Source: Alphaproteobacteria bacterium
GTDB taxonomy: Bacteria; Pseudomonadota; Alphaproteobacteria; UBA828
Assembly (NCBI GenBank): GCA_965214705.1
Contig: CBDCCI010000001.1
Span: 480,001 to 544,000, forward strand
Reading direction: 5' to 3'
Length of the DNA: 64,000 bases
The position numbers and the translations under genes are program-made. The first letter of the stretch is position 1, and each line of letters starts with the position of its first letter. Positions 10,930 through 20,630 of the stretch are shown here, in pieces. The notes beneath the pieces are model-generated. The model was not told the origin of the DNA and did no database searches. It saw only the letters and a list, made by a program, of their open reading frames with translations.

Positions 10930-11808
10930 ATGACCGGGACCGCGTGCGACACGAACACCGTCACCCCTCTTCGCCAGCGCATGGAGGAGCAGCTCCGCAT
11001 CGCCAATCTGGCCGCGAGCACGTCCAAGGCCTACATCTGCGAGATCAAGAACCTGGCCAGGTACTACGACGCCTCGCCGGACGAGCTCGACGCCGAGCAG
11101 GTGCGCCAGTGGTACCTGGGGCGGATCGACAAGGGGCTCAGTCCGGGCACGACCAACGTCTCCTTCGCCGCGCTGAACTTCCTCTACATCGACACACTCG
11201 GCTGGCCTGACCATGTCGCCGGCCTGCGCTCCCGCAAGAAGCCCGGCAAGCTGCCGCGCTACATGTCGGAGCAGGAGGTCGAGCACCTCATCCTTGCGAC
11301 ACCCGACCTCCGCCACCGTGCTGCCATTGTCACCGGCTATGGCGGCGGGCTCCGCATCTCCGAGACCTTGGCCATCAAGGTCGGCGACATCCTGTCGGAG
11401 AAGAAGCTGCTGCACATCCCCTCCGGCAAAGGCGGCACCGAGAGAATGGCACCGTTGCCGGACATCGTCATCCACTACTTGCGCGTCTACTACAGGAACA
11501 TCTGGCCGCGTCCGACGAGCTGGCTCTTCTACGGCGTCTCGCTCGACAGGCCCATCGCAACGGAGACCTTGCAGGCCGCCTTCAGGAGGGCGCGCGACAT
11601 TGCCGAGCTCGACCGCAGCTACACCTTCCATTGCCTGCGCCATTCGGCGGCGACCCATCTCCTCGAGCGCGGCGGCGATATCGAGGTGATCCGGGACATG
11701 CTCGGCCATCGAAGCGCGAACACGACCCGTCACTACGCCCGCGTCACCGGCAAGATGTTCGAGGGCCTCGACCACCCGATCTCAGGCTTCGCAGCGTTGC
11801 GCAACTGA
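10930..11808 (+). CDS. Tyrosine recombinase (XerD/integron-integrase-like) of element A
   Basis: GLRISE, GKGG, HCLRHS.ATH, LGH and TTRHY catalytic motifs. RBS AGGGAG before ATG 10930. Confidence 0.92.
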   Translation: MTGTACDTNTVTPLRQRMEEQLRIANLAASTSKAYICEIKNLARYYDASPDELDAEQVRQWYLGRIDKGLSPGTTNVSFAALNFLYIDTLGWPDHVAGLRSRKKPGKLPRYMSEQEVEHLILATPDLRHRAAIVTGYGGGLRISETLAIKVGDILSEKKLLHIPSGKGGTERMAPLPDIVIHYLRVYYRNIWPRPTSWLFYGVSLDRPIATETLQAAFRRARDIAELDRSYTFHCLRHSAATHLLERGGDIEVIRDMLGHRSANTTRHYARVTGKMFEGLDHPISGFAALRN

Positions 11809-11814
11809 CGGCGC

Positions 11815-13056
11815 GTGGAGGCCGAACGCGCGGGCGTGGCGGAGATCTTCCGCCGCGCCGGCGCCGCTTTCCGTGAGCGCCACAAAGGGCGCATCGACGC
11901 CGCCCGGCTCAAGGTCATGGGCGCCATCGAGGCGTGCCGCACCGCCGTGCTCGGCGGCCACATGTACGCCTGCGAGGGCTGCGGGCGCGAGCATCCGCTC
12001 TTCAACTCCTGCCGCAACCGCCACTGCCCCACCTGCCAGGGTCTCGCCGCCAACCTCTGGAGCGAGGAGCGCGCCGGGGACATCCTGCCGGTGCCCTACT
12101 TCCATGTGGTCTTCACCCTGCCCAAGGAGGTTGCCGCCATTGCCTTCTGCAACCGCAGGGTGGTGTTCGACATCCTCTTCCGGGCCGTCGCCGAGACCCT
12201 GCGCACCATCGCCGCCGATCCCCGCCACGGCGGCATGCGCATCGGCGGCACCGCGGTCCTCCATACCTGGGATCAGAAGCTCCGCTTCCACCCGCACCTG
12301 CACGTGGTCGTGCCCAACGCGGGCTTCGACGTAGACAGTGGCGAGTGGAAGACGGGGAGCACCACCTTCCTCGCCCCCGTCAAGGTCCTCGGCAGCCTGT
12401 TCCGCCGCCTCTTCCTCGAGGAGCTCGCCCGCGCCCACGGCCGGGGGGACCTGGAGTTCCACGGCACCCTCGCCCACCTCGCCAATCCCGGCGAGTTCCA
12501 CGCCACGCTTGCCGCCGCCCGGGCCAGGGACTGGGTGGTCTACGCCAAGCGGCCCTTCCGCGGGCCTGAGCAGGTCTTCCGGTACCTCTCGCACTACACG
12601 CACAGGATCGCCATCTCCGACAGCCGCATCGTCTCCTTCGACGGCGAGACGGTCTCCTTCCGCCACCGAAAGCCCAAGGCGCCGGGGCAGAGAAAGCCGC
12701 GCTACGGCATCGCCACCGTGAGCGCCGACGAGTTCATCCGCCGCTTCCTGAGGCACGTCCTGCCGGACGGCATGCACCGCATTCGCTACTTCGGCATCCT
12801 CGCCAACGGCTGCCGCGCCAGCACGCTGGAGAGAGCACGCCAGGCTCTCGGCGCCCTCGGCTGCGCCGCCCCCGAGGGAAGCGTGGACGGCGCTCGGGCC
12901 GAGCCCGACGAAGAGCCCGAGATCGGCACCGCGCCCGTGGCCTGCCCCCACTGCGGCGGCGTCATGCGCCTCGTCCGCGAAATCCGCCGCCGCCATGAGC
13001 CCCGCTCGACGCGCGGCCCGCCGGCGCTGCCGCCGACCCACAGGGGGAAACCGTGA
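11815..13056 (+). CDS. IS91-family HUH Y2 transposase with Zn-binding domain
   Basis: C..C...CRNRHCPTC, HVVFTLP, HTW, HUH motif HPHLH, Y2 motif YLSHY. Confidence 0.93.
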   Translation: MEAERAGVAEIFRRAGAAFRERHKGRIDAARLKVMGAIEACRTAVLGGHMYACEGCGREHPLFNSCRNRHCPTCQGLAANLWSEERAGDILPVPYFHVVFTLPKEVAAIAFCNRRVVFDILFRAVAETLRTIAADPRHGGMRIGGTAVLHTWDQKLRFHPHLHVVVPNAGFDVDSGEWKTGSTTFLAPVKVLGSLFRRLFLEELARAHGRGDLEFHGTLAHLANPGEFHATLAAARARDWVVYAKRPFRGPEQVFRYLSHYTHRIAISDSRIVSFDGETVSFRHRKPKAPGQRKPRYGIATVSADEFIRRFLRHVLPDGMHRIRYFGILANGCRASTLERARQALGALGCAAPEGSVDGARAEPDEEPEIGTAPVACPHCGGVMRLVREIRRRHEPRSTRGPPALPPTHRGKP

Positions 13057-14215
13057 GACGCCCGCTCGCTTCGGCCCCGCGCAACGGCGCCAAAGCGCCG
13101 ACGCACGACCGAACCTGTCTCCGCTTGAGCCGGGCTGACAGCCCTCGGCTCACACCCCGCTCAGTCCTCGCAGCGTGCGCCCGCATGCCTGCCGAAAGAC
13201 CGGCGCGAGCGTCGATTTTATGCGCAACTCTGCTGCCGGTGGATGCCGCCTGACGCTGACATCAGCGCACTTTCCACATAGCTCAACTTCGCCTCTCGTG
13301 GCCCGCGGCTTCGTTCAAAAGGGTTGGGCAGGCTCTCTCTCGAGAGCCTGCCCAACCCTTAACCTTCTACCCGGTCCGATATGCCGACGACTTCCTGATC
13401 TTCGTGGCGGGCGGTTACGACGATGCGGCTGCTGAGAAGCAGGCGCTCGCGGACTGGCTGCGCGAGGAGATGGGGCTGACGCTATCGGAGGAGAAGACGC
13501 GGATCACCAGACTGACGGAAGGATTCCGGTTCCTCGGATGCCGGGTTCGTCTCAAAGGGGACGACCATGACGGCTACATGTGCCGGGTCGAAATCCCGAA
13601 GGAGGCGATCAGTGACTTCTGCCGGCGGATCAAGCAAGTGCTGAATCAGCGGACGCGGACGCGCTCGCTGAGAAGCGTGCTCCAGGAAATCAATCCAATC
13701 CTCCGGGGGTGGGGCCACTACTACCGCCACTGCATCGGGGCCAAGCGCATCCTGTCCAGTCTGGACTGGTATGTGTGGCGACGGCTCTGGCTGTGGATGC
13801 GGGGTAAGCACGACGGCGCCTCCCCGCGACGGGTGTACGCTTCTTGGTCGAGGCCGAGCCGGCAGTATCCCGGCGCTCGGGTCTGGGCCGATGGCGACAC
13901 TGAGCTGTACCAAATGGGCCGGATTCCGGTCATGCAGTTCAAGCTCAATTGGATGAAAACTCCTGCCTTCACGAAAGCCTTTGGCGAGCCGGGTGCATAA
14001 CGAAAGGTGCACGCCCGGTTCTGAGAGAGGGCGCGAGAAACCTGTGGTGCGTGAGGATCACCAGGCGCTCGCGTCCTACTCTACCGGACCCCTGTTTTTG
14101 TTTCCTGCAAGCTTTCACCGGCGCGGCGCCGGCGCAGCGATGAAAGGCGCGGTGCTGGCCGCGGGCTGGGCAACGGGATCGAGGGCGAGCCGCTCCCGGT
14201 GGCGCTCGTCACCGC

Positions 14216-14443
14216 TCACAGCATCGGGTGGGTGTCGAGGAGGTGTCGGGCGACCTCGCGGACGCGATGGCGCTCGTGCACCCTGACGGGACCGCGGGGG
14301 TCCTCGGACAGGTGCACCACGTAGAATACCTCGCCGCGGTTGAGGATGTCGTCATGGCGATAGAGGTAGCCAACGTGGTCGCCGTCCTGATAGACGCGGG
14401 CTTCGTTCTCACCCACCCGCCGGAACCTGATGTCGCTGCTCAT
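14216..14443 (-). CDS. Small hypothetical protein (75 aa)
   Basis: RBS GGGGAG, protein-like composition, co-oriented with the backbone genes. Confidence 0.6.
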   Translation of the reverse strand: MSSDIRFRRVGENEARVYQDGDHVGYLYRHDDILNRGEVFYVVHLSEDPRGPVRVHERHRVREVARHLLDTHPML

Positions 14444-14519
14444 TGTGCTCTCCCCGTAGCGTGATGCCGGCGCGGAGAGGACTCTCTCTCCTCTCCATGC
14501 GGCTCGCCCGCCGCGCGCC

Positions 14520-15330
14520 TTACCCTGCCTCCCGACCTGCAAGCGCGGCCGCCGTCCAGGCGGCGAGCGCGGCGGGACCGAAGGTGAGCAATTCCTCGTT
14601 GAAGTCGGCGCCGCGGGGCACGATGACGGTGGCGGCGACGCCCGCCCGCGCGCAGCGCCGGGCGAGGCGCTCGACCGCACGCTCTCCCTCGGGGTCGTTG
14701 TCGCGCGCGATCACCAGCCGCGTGACGCCGGCAGGCGGCGCGAACGCGCCGAGGCTGCCGGCGGAGAGCGCGGCGGCGGCGGTGATCTCGGGTGAGGCGG
14801 TCACCAGTGACAGCACCGTCTCGATGCCCTCGCCGACGAGGAGCGAAGCTCCGTCGGCGGGGTCGCCGAAGCGAACGGCATGTCCGAAGATCCGTCCGAG
14901 GGCCTTGCGCGGCGATGAGAGATTTGCCTTCGCCGGACGCTGAGGGTCCAACCATGTGCGATGGATGCCGGTGATGACGTCGCCATCGTGGGCGGTGACG
15001 GCGGCGACCAGCGCCGGCAGGCGGCGAACGCCGCCGCCGTCTTTGTAGAGCAATGCGGGATGGAAGCGGAGTGCCGGGAAGCGGCAGCGCGCGAGACCCC
15101 TGGCGTGCAGGTAGGCTTCCGCATGGGTACCGTCGATGGCGCGGCAGCGGCGCCAGAGGCGCCGTGCCGCCTCGGTGGCGTCGTAGGCGTCGCCCGAGCC
15201 CGGAGCCGGCGCAGCCGGCCGGGCGAGGAAGGCGTGCGCTTCTTCGAGCGCCGCGCGAAGCGTCGGCGCGTTGATGCGGTGGCGGATGATGTCGAGCAGA
15301 TCGCCATGCTCGCCCGTGGCCGCATCCGTC
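14520..15330 (-). pseudogene. C-terminal part of the host Toprim (DUF7146 + Toprim) primase-like gene
   Basis: TDAATGEHGDLLD, LRFHP, GIHRTWL, VGEGIET and IARDND motifs. N-terminus lies at 36277-36468. Confidence 0.85.
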
Positions 15331-15563
15331 TTTTGAACGAAGCCGCTACGCGGAGTTAGCGGCGTAGAGTTCATTCATTTCCGAGGCGTCGCGGGTGCCG
15401 TTTGTTCTGTGCGTTCGCTTCCCGGTTGCGTCAGTGGCGCTCCGCCCGTCGGGTGGCGGATCCCCAGCAGCCTCCCGATCACCAGTGGTTAGTATCGACC
15501 CCTGCGACGGACCGTCGCCGGATCGGTCCGGCGGCGCGCCGTCGCGATCCAGGGAGATCGATA

Positions 15564-16442
15564 ATGACCGGGACCGCGTGCGACACGAACACCGTCACCC
15601 CTCTTCGCCAGCGCATGGAGGAGCAGCTCCGCATCGCCAATCTGGCCGCGAGCACGTCCAAGGCCTACATCTGCGAGATCAAGAACCTGGCCAGGTACTA
15701 CGACGCCTCGCCGGACGAGCTCGACGCCGAGCAGGTGCGCCAGTGGTACCTGGGGCGGATCGACAAGGGGCTCAGTCCGGGCACGACCAACGTCTCCTTC
15801 GCCGCGCTGAACTTCCTCTACATCGACACACTCGGCTGGCCTGACCATGTCGCCGGCCTGCGCTCCCGCAAGAAGCCCGGCAAGCTGCCGCGCTACATGT
15901 CGGAGCAGGAGGTCGAGCACCTCATCCTTGCGACACCCGACCTCCGCCACCGTGCTGCCATTGTCACCGGCTATGGCGGCGGGCTCCGCATCTCCGAGAC
16001 CTTGGCCATCAAGGTCGGCGACATCCTGTCGGAGAAGAAGCTGCTGCACATCCCCTCCGGCAAAGGCGGCACCGAGAGAATGGCACCGTTGCCGGACATC
16101 GTCATCCACTACTTGCGCGTCTACTACAGGAACATCTGGCCGCGTCCGACGAGCTGGCTCTTCTACGGCGTCTCGCTCGACAGGCCCATCGCAACGGAGA
16201 CCTTGCAGGCCGCCTTCAGGAGGGCGCGCGACATTGCCGAGCTCGACCGCAGCTACACCTTCCATTGCCTGCGCCATTCGGCGGCGACCCATCTCCTCGA
16301 GCGCGGCGGCGATATCGAGGTGATCCGGGACATGCTCGGCCATCGAAGCGCGAACACGACCCGTCACTACGCCCGCGTCACCGGCAAGATGTTCGAGGGC
16401 CTCGACCACCCGATCTCAGGCTTCGCAGCGTTGCGCAACTGA
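15564..16442 (+). CDS. Tyrosine recombinase of element A
   Basis: Identical to 10930-11808. Confidence 0.92.
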   Translation: MTGTACDTNTVTPLRQRMEEQLRIANLAASTSKAYICEIKNLARYYDASPDELDAEQVRQWYLGRIDKGLSPGTTNVSFAALNFLYIDTLGWPDHVAGLRSRKKPGKLPRYMSEQEVEHLILATPDLRHRAAIVTGYGGGLRISETLAIKVGDILSEKKLLHIPSGKGGTERMAPLPDIVIHYLRVYYRNIWPRPTSWLFYGVSLDRPIATETLQAAFRRARDIAELDRSYTFHCLRHSAATHLLERGGDIEVIRDMLGHRSANTTRHYARVTGKMFEGLDHPISGFAALRN

Positions 16443-16448
16443 CGGCGC

Positions 16449-17690
16449 GTGGAGGCCGAACGCGCGGGCGTGGCGGAGATCTTCCGCCGCGCCGGCGCCG
16501 CTTTCCGTGAGCGCCACAAAGGGCGCATCGACGCCGCCCGGCTCAAGGTCATGGGCGCCATCGAGGCGTGCCGCACCGCCGTGCTCGGCGGCCACATGTA
16601 CGCCTGCGAGGGCTGCGGGCGCGAGCATCCGCTCTTCAACTCCTGCCGCAACCGCCACTGCCCCACCTGCCAGGGTCTCGCCGCCAACCTCTGGAGCGAG
16701 GAGCGCGCCGGGGACATCCTGCCGGTGCCCTACTTCCATGTGGTCTTCACCCTGCCCAAGGAGGTTGCCGCCATTGCCTTCTGCAACCGCAGGGTGGTGT
16801 TCGACATCCTCTTCCGGGCCGTCGCCGAGACCCTGCGCACCATCGCCGCCGATCCCCGCCACGGCGGCATGCGCATCGGCGGCACCGCGGTCCTCCATAC
16901 CTGGGATCAGAAGCTCCGCTTCCACCCGCACCTGCACGTGGTCGTGCCCAACGCGGGCTTCGACGTAGACAGTGGCGAGTGGAAGACGGGGAGCACCACC
17001 TTCCTCGCCCCCGTCAAGGTCCTCGGCAGCCTGTTCCGCCGCCTCTTCCTCGAGGAGCTCGCCCGCGCCCACGGCCGGGGGGACCTGGAGTTCCACGGCA
17101 CCCTCGCCCACCTCGCCAATCCCGGCGAGTTCCACGCCACGCTTGCCGCCGCCCGGGCCAGGGACTGGGTGGTCTACGCCAAGCGGCCCTTCCGCGGGCC
17201 TGAGCAGGTCTTCCGGTACCTCTCGCACTACACGCACAGGATCGCCATCTCCGACAGCCGCATCGTCTCCTTCGACGGCGAGACGGTCTCCTTCCGCCAC
17301 CGAAAGCCCAAGGCGCCGGGGCAGAGAAAGCCGCGCTACGGCATCGCCACCGTGAGCGCCGACGAGTTCATCCGCCGCTTCCTGAGGCACGTCCTGCCGG
17401 ACGGCATGCACCGCATTCGCTACTTCGGCATCCTCGCCAACGGCTGCCGCGCCAGCACGCTGGAGAGAGCACGCCAGGCTCTCGGCGCCCTCGGCTGCGC
17501 CGCCCCCGAGGGAAGCGTGGACGGCGCTCGGGCCGAGCCCGACGAAGAGCCCGAGATCGGCACCGCGCCCGTGGCCTGCCCCCACTGCGGCGGCGTCATG
17601 CGCCTCGTCCGCGAAATCCGCCGCCGCCATGAGCCCCGCTCGACGCGCGGCCCGCCGGCGCTGCCGCCGACCCACAGGGGGAAACCGTGA
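16449..17690 (+). CDS. IS91-family Y2 transposase
   Basis: Identical to 11815-13056. Confidence 0.93.
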   Translation: MEAERAGVAEIFRRAGAAFRERHKGRIDAARLKVMGAIEACRTAVLGGHMYACEGCGREHPLFNSCRNRHCPTCQGLAANLWSEERAGDILPVPYFHVVFTLPKEVAAIAFCNRRVVFDILFRAVAETLRTIAADPRHGGMRIGGTAVLHTWDQKLRFHPHLHVVVPNAGFDVDSGEWKTGSTTFLAPVKVLGSLFRRLFLEELARAHGRGDLEFHGTLAHLANPGEFHATLAAARARDWVVYAKRPFRGPEQVFRYLSHYTHRIAISDSRIVSFDGETVSFRHRKPKAPGQRKPRYGIATVSADEFIRRFLRHVLPDGMHRIRYFGILANGCRASTLERARQALGALGCAAPEGSVDGARAEPDEEPEIGTAPVACPHCGGVMRLVREIRRRHEPRSTRGPPALPPTHRGKP

Positions 17691-18327
17691 GACGCCCGCT
17701 CGCTTCGGCCCCGCGCAACGGCGCCAAAGCGCCGACGCACGACCGAACCTGTCTCCGCTTGAGCCGGGCTGACAGCCCTCGGCTCACACCCCGCTCAGTC
17801 CTCGCAGCGTGCGCCCGCATGCCTGCCGAAAGACCGGCGCGAGCGTCGATTTTATGCGCAACTCTGCTGCCGGTGGATGCCGCCTGACGCTGACATCAGC
17901 GCACTTTCCACATAGCTCAACTTCGCCTCTCGTGGCCCGCGGCTTCGTTCAAAAGGGTTGGGCAGGCTCTCTCTCGAGAGCCTGCCCAACCCTTAACCAT
18001 GTTCAACTGCACATAATGAATTGGCCTGTATCGGTCGTGCGCAGCAGGACCGATACAGGCATTGAGCTGAGCCGCGCTGCACGGCCGTAGTGCCGGGCTA
18101 TGGGGAAAGTAACCGCTGGGTGGGAGCCGATTAGGCCGAAGCGGTGCAACCTGTTGGTGTCGCTGGCGGCGCCGGCACTCTGAATCTCCACTTATCAGGT
18201 TGCGACGCGGCTGTGCAGGGGCTCGCGACGATGTTTCGCCGCCGGGCAGCACGAAGCGGGCGCAGGAGCGGTCGCGGCGCGGCGGCCGGGGGGACTGTTG
18301 TCGGACCTTGTCGGTTCTGACGCATCG

Positions 18328-19548
18328 TCACGGCGGTCGGGTATTCGTCGCCCGCATGGCTGCTTGGGGCTGCGGCTCAAGAATGACGGTTTGCCGCAGC
18401 GTTGCCTCGCCGCACTGGCGGCACACGGTGATGTCGATCCCCGTCAGTCGCAGCATCATCTGCTGCGTCGTTTCCGGCTCCCGCGGTTCAGGGGCAGGCT
18501 GGCCGAGCAGGTCTCGGCAGCGGGCGAGCTTGCGAGCCCGGCAGCGATTGGCGAGCAAGCCGTAGTGGCGCAGGCGGGTGAAGCCGCGCGGGAGGACGTG
18601 CAGGAGGAAGCGGCGGATGAACTCGTCGACGTCGAGACGCATCACCTTGACCTTGTTGCCGTCAGCGTAGTCGCGCCAACGGAAGCGAACGTGCTCGCCG
18701 TCGAAGTCGACGAGGCGATGATTGGCGATGGCAGCCTTGTGGGTGTAGCGCCCGAGATAGGCCAGAACGTGCCCGGCGCCGGCGAACGGGGCCTTGGTGT
18801 AGACCACCCAGTCGTTCGACCGCAGCGCGGTCTTCAGACACTCGAACTCGCGGCTGTCGTCACCACCGCCGACGACCTTGAGCCGGAGTTCGCCGTCGCG
18901 GTGCGCGGCGCCGAGGAAGTCGAGATACTTGCCGCGGAAGACCTTCGAGAGCGCGACCGTGGGGAACAGGAAGCCCTTGCGCGCGGGAGTGAGCCAGCGC
19001 TCTCTGTCCGGGCTCAGACCGCCGTCGGTGACGATACAGTGGACATGGATGTGCTGTCCCAGATTCTGCCCCCAAGTGTGCAGCACCATGGTGATGCCGA
19101 GCTCGCCGCCGAGCCAGCGGGGATTGCGGCCGAACTCGAGCAGGGTCTGGGAGGCGGCCTTGAAGAGCAGCCTGTAGATGAGCGCGGCATTGCCCTGGGC
19201 CACGGGGTTGAGCTCGTGGGGCAGGGTGAACACGACATGCCAGTAGTCGATGTCGAGCAGATCGGCGCACTGACGCTCAACCCACCTGGTCTGCGAGAGG
19301 GTCTGGCACTTGGGGCAATGACGGTTCCGGCACGAGGCGTACTGGATCGTCACCGCCCCGCAGTGATCGCATTCTGCCTTGAACCCGCCGAGCACAGCGG
19401 TGCGGCAGTTCACCAGCGCGTCGACGACCCTCTGCTGCTGGGCCGAGAGCAGATGTGTCTCGCCATAGGCGTCGCCGCGCTCGCGCAGGATGTCCGCGAC
19501 CTCCAGCGCCGGCCGTGTGGCTGGCGCCGCGTGGCCGACATGAGCCAC
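18328..19548 (-). CDS. IS91-family HUH Y2 transposase
   Basis: CRNRHCPKCQ, HVVFTLP, HIHVH and YLGRY motifs. Confidence 0.92.
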   Translation of the reverse strand: MAHVGHAAPATRPALEVADILRERGDAYGETHLLSAQQQRVVDALVNCRTAVLGGFKAECDHCGAVTIQYASCRNRHCPKCQTLSQTRWVERQCADLLDIDYWHVVFTLPHELNPVAQGNAALIYRLLFKAASQTLLEFGRNPRWLGGELGITMVLHTWGQNLGQHIHVHCIVTDGGLSPDRERWLTPARKGFLFPTVALSKVFRGKYLDFLGAAHRDGELRLKVVGGGDDSREFECLKTALRSNDWVVYTKAPFAGAGHVLAYLGRYTHKAAIANHRLVDFDGEHVRFRWRDYADGNKVKVMRLDVDEFIRRFLLHVLPRGFTRLRHYGLLANRCRARKLARCRDLLGQPAPEPREPETTQQMMLRLTGIDITVCRQCGEATLRQTVILEPQPQAAMRATNTRPP

Positions 19549-19551
19549 CGG

Positions 19552-20406
19552 TCAGGCCTGGGCAGGACGCGGAAACTCCAGCAGGTCCAGGGGCGACGGC
19601 GTGGCGGACGTCTTGTCGTGAGCAAGGTGAAGGTAGCGCATGGTCGAGCGGATTGAGGTGTGCCCGAGGCGGCGTTGGATGACATGCAGCTCGACGCCGG
19701 CCTCGAGGAGCCCGGTGGCGTAGCAATGGCGCAGCGTGTGGATCCCGCCGGGCTTGGCGATCCCGGCTTTGTCCTTGGCTCGATCGTAAACGTGTGCTGG
19801 CCCATGGCGCGTCATCGGCCGGCCGGGAATCCGACCGGGGAACAGCCAGTGCTCGGGCCGTACCCGCTGCCAGTACTCGCGCAGCTCGTCGAGCAGCCGG
19901 GGCGAGAGCGGGACGTAGCGGTCCTTGTTGCCCTTGCCCTGATCGACGCGCAGGCACATCCGCTGTGAGTCGATATCGCTGATCTGCAACCGGCCGAGCT
20001 CGCTCGCCCGAAGCCCCGCTGCATAGGCCGTCATCAGCAAGGCGCGGTGCTTGCGGTTGATGGTGACGCTGAACAGCCGCACCAGTTCGTCTTGGTTGAG
20101 CAGTACGGGCAGGGTGGAAGGCGTCTTGGCGAAGGGCAGATAGAAGTGCGGCTCGGGCAAGCCCAGCGTGATGCGATAGAGGAAGCGGATCCCTTGGCGA
20201 GCGCTGTTGCAGCTCTGCCAAGCCAGCCCCCGCTCTTCGTGAAGAAAGATGAGGTACTCCTGGACTTCCTCCGCTGAGATGTGCTCGGGGCTGCGACCGT
20301 AGTGAACCGCGAGCCCGGAGACCGAGTTGAGGTAGGACTTCCTGGTGTTCTCGGCGAAGCCGCGAACCGTCATGTCGTTGATCATGCGCTGGCGAAGTGC
20401 CGTCAT
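19552..20406 (-). CDS. Tyrosine recombinase of element B
   Basis: GLRASE, GKGNKDR, HTLRH, LGH and TMRY motifs. Confidence 0.92.
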   Translation of the reverse strand: MTALRQRMINDMTVRGFAENTRKSYLNSVSGLAVHYGRSPEHISAEEVQEYLIFLHEERGLAWQSCNSARQGIRFLYRITLGLPEPHFYLPFAKTPSTLPVLLNQDELVRLFSVTINRKHRALLMTAYAAGLRASELGRLQISDIDSQRMCLRVDQGKGNKDRYVPLSPRLLDELREYWQRVRPEHWLFPGRIPGRPMTRHGPAHVYDRAKDKAGIAKPGGIHTLRHCYATGLLEAGVELHVIQRRLGHTSIRSTMRYLHLAHDKTSATPSPLDLLEFPRPAQA

Positions 20407-20630
20407 GGGGCGTCTCCCTCTGGGTTTGGTCTGTCACGAAGACACGCCCATGCTCTTGCTCGCCGGCTTGGCGGTCGACGACCATCGATCAACGAGGGAG
20501 AAACAGGATTCGACCCTGCGCCCAGACGCTGGAGCGAACGGCCACACTCAACTTACGCGCGGCAAGGAGATCACTCTGGGCACCCGGCGGCCGAGGCGCC
20601 CCGCCGCGGAACGCGGCTCAGTTCAGGACG

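Larger units (their letters stand above)
10699..13364 (+). mobile_element. Element A copy 1: tyrosine recombinase + IS91-family Y2 transposase, 2,666 bp
   Basis: Ends TTGAACGAAGCCGC...CCCTTAACC defined by six copies. No TSD; removal restores the RT frame. Confidence 0.95.
9794..14000 (+). pseudogene. ltrA: Group II intron reverse transcriptase/maturase (no endonuclease domain), frameshifted and interrupted
   Basis: TPGVDG, RPLGIPT..DR, SYGFRPGR, DIEGCFD and GTPQGGVLSPLLAN motifs; ...RTVF-YPVRYADDF rejoins across element A. Frameshift at 9908-9927. Confidence 0.9.
9178..14084 (+). mobile_element. Group II intron (2,241 bp net), interrupted by element A copy 1
   Basis: 5' GTGCG. IBS1 GACGGA (9172-9177) is complementary to EBS1 TCCGTC (9504-9509) in a hairpin loop. 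IBS2 GGACATC (9163-9169) is complementary to GATGTCC (9444-9450). Domain V GAGCCGGGTGC..GAAAG..GCACGCCCGGTTC; domain VI ends CCTACTCTAC. Confidence 0.92.
15333..17998 (+). mobile_element. Element A copy 2 (intact)
   Basis: 2,666 bp, near-identical to copy 1. Confidence 0.95.
18018..20626 (-). mobile_element. Element B: divergent tyrosine recombinase + IS91 Y2 transposase element (hairpin-side terminus uncertain)
   Basis: Left terminus CTGAACTGAGCCGCG (20626-20612). Subterminal inverted copy at 18062-18076, immediately followed by a 13-bp-stem hairpin at 18024-18060. Confidence 0.8.

Noticed and set aside
11782-13041. Long antisense ORFs (419 aa, 306 aa and others) over element A and other genes
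   Set aside because: Shadow frames of high-GC coding sequence with no recognisable motifs.
13305-13364. Integron attC site or cassette array
   Set aside because: The AAC/GTT-like ends do not fit RYYYAAC/GTTRRRY well, the stem is unbulged, there are no cassettes, and the repeats are whole-element copies.
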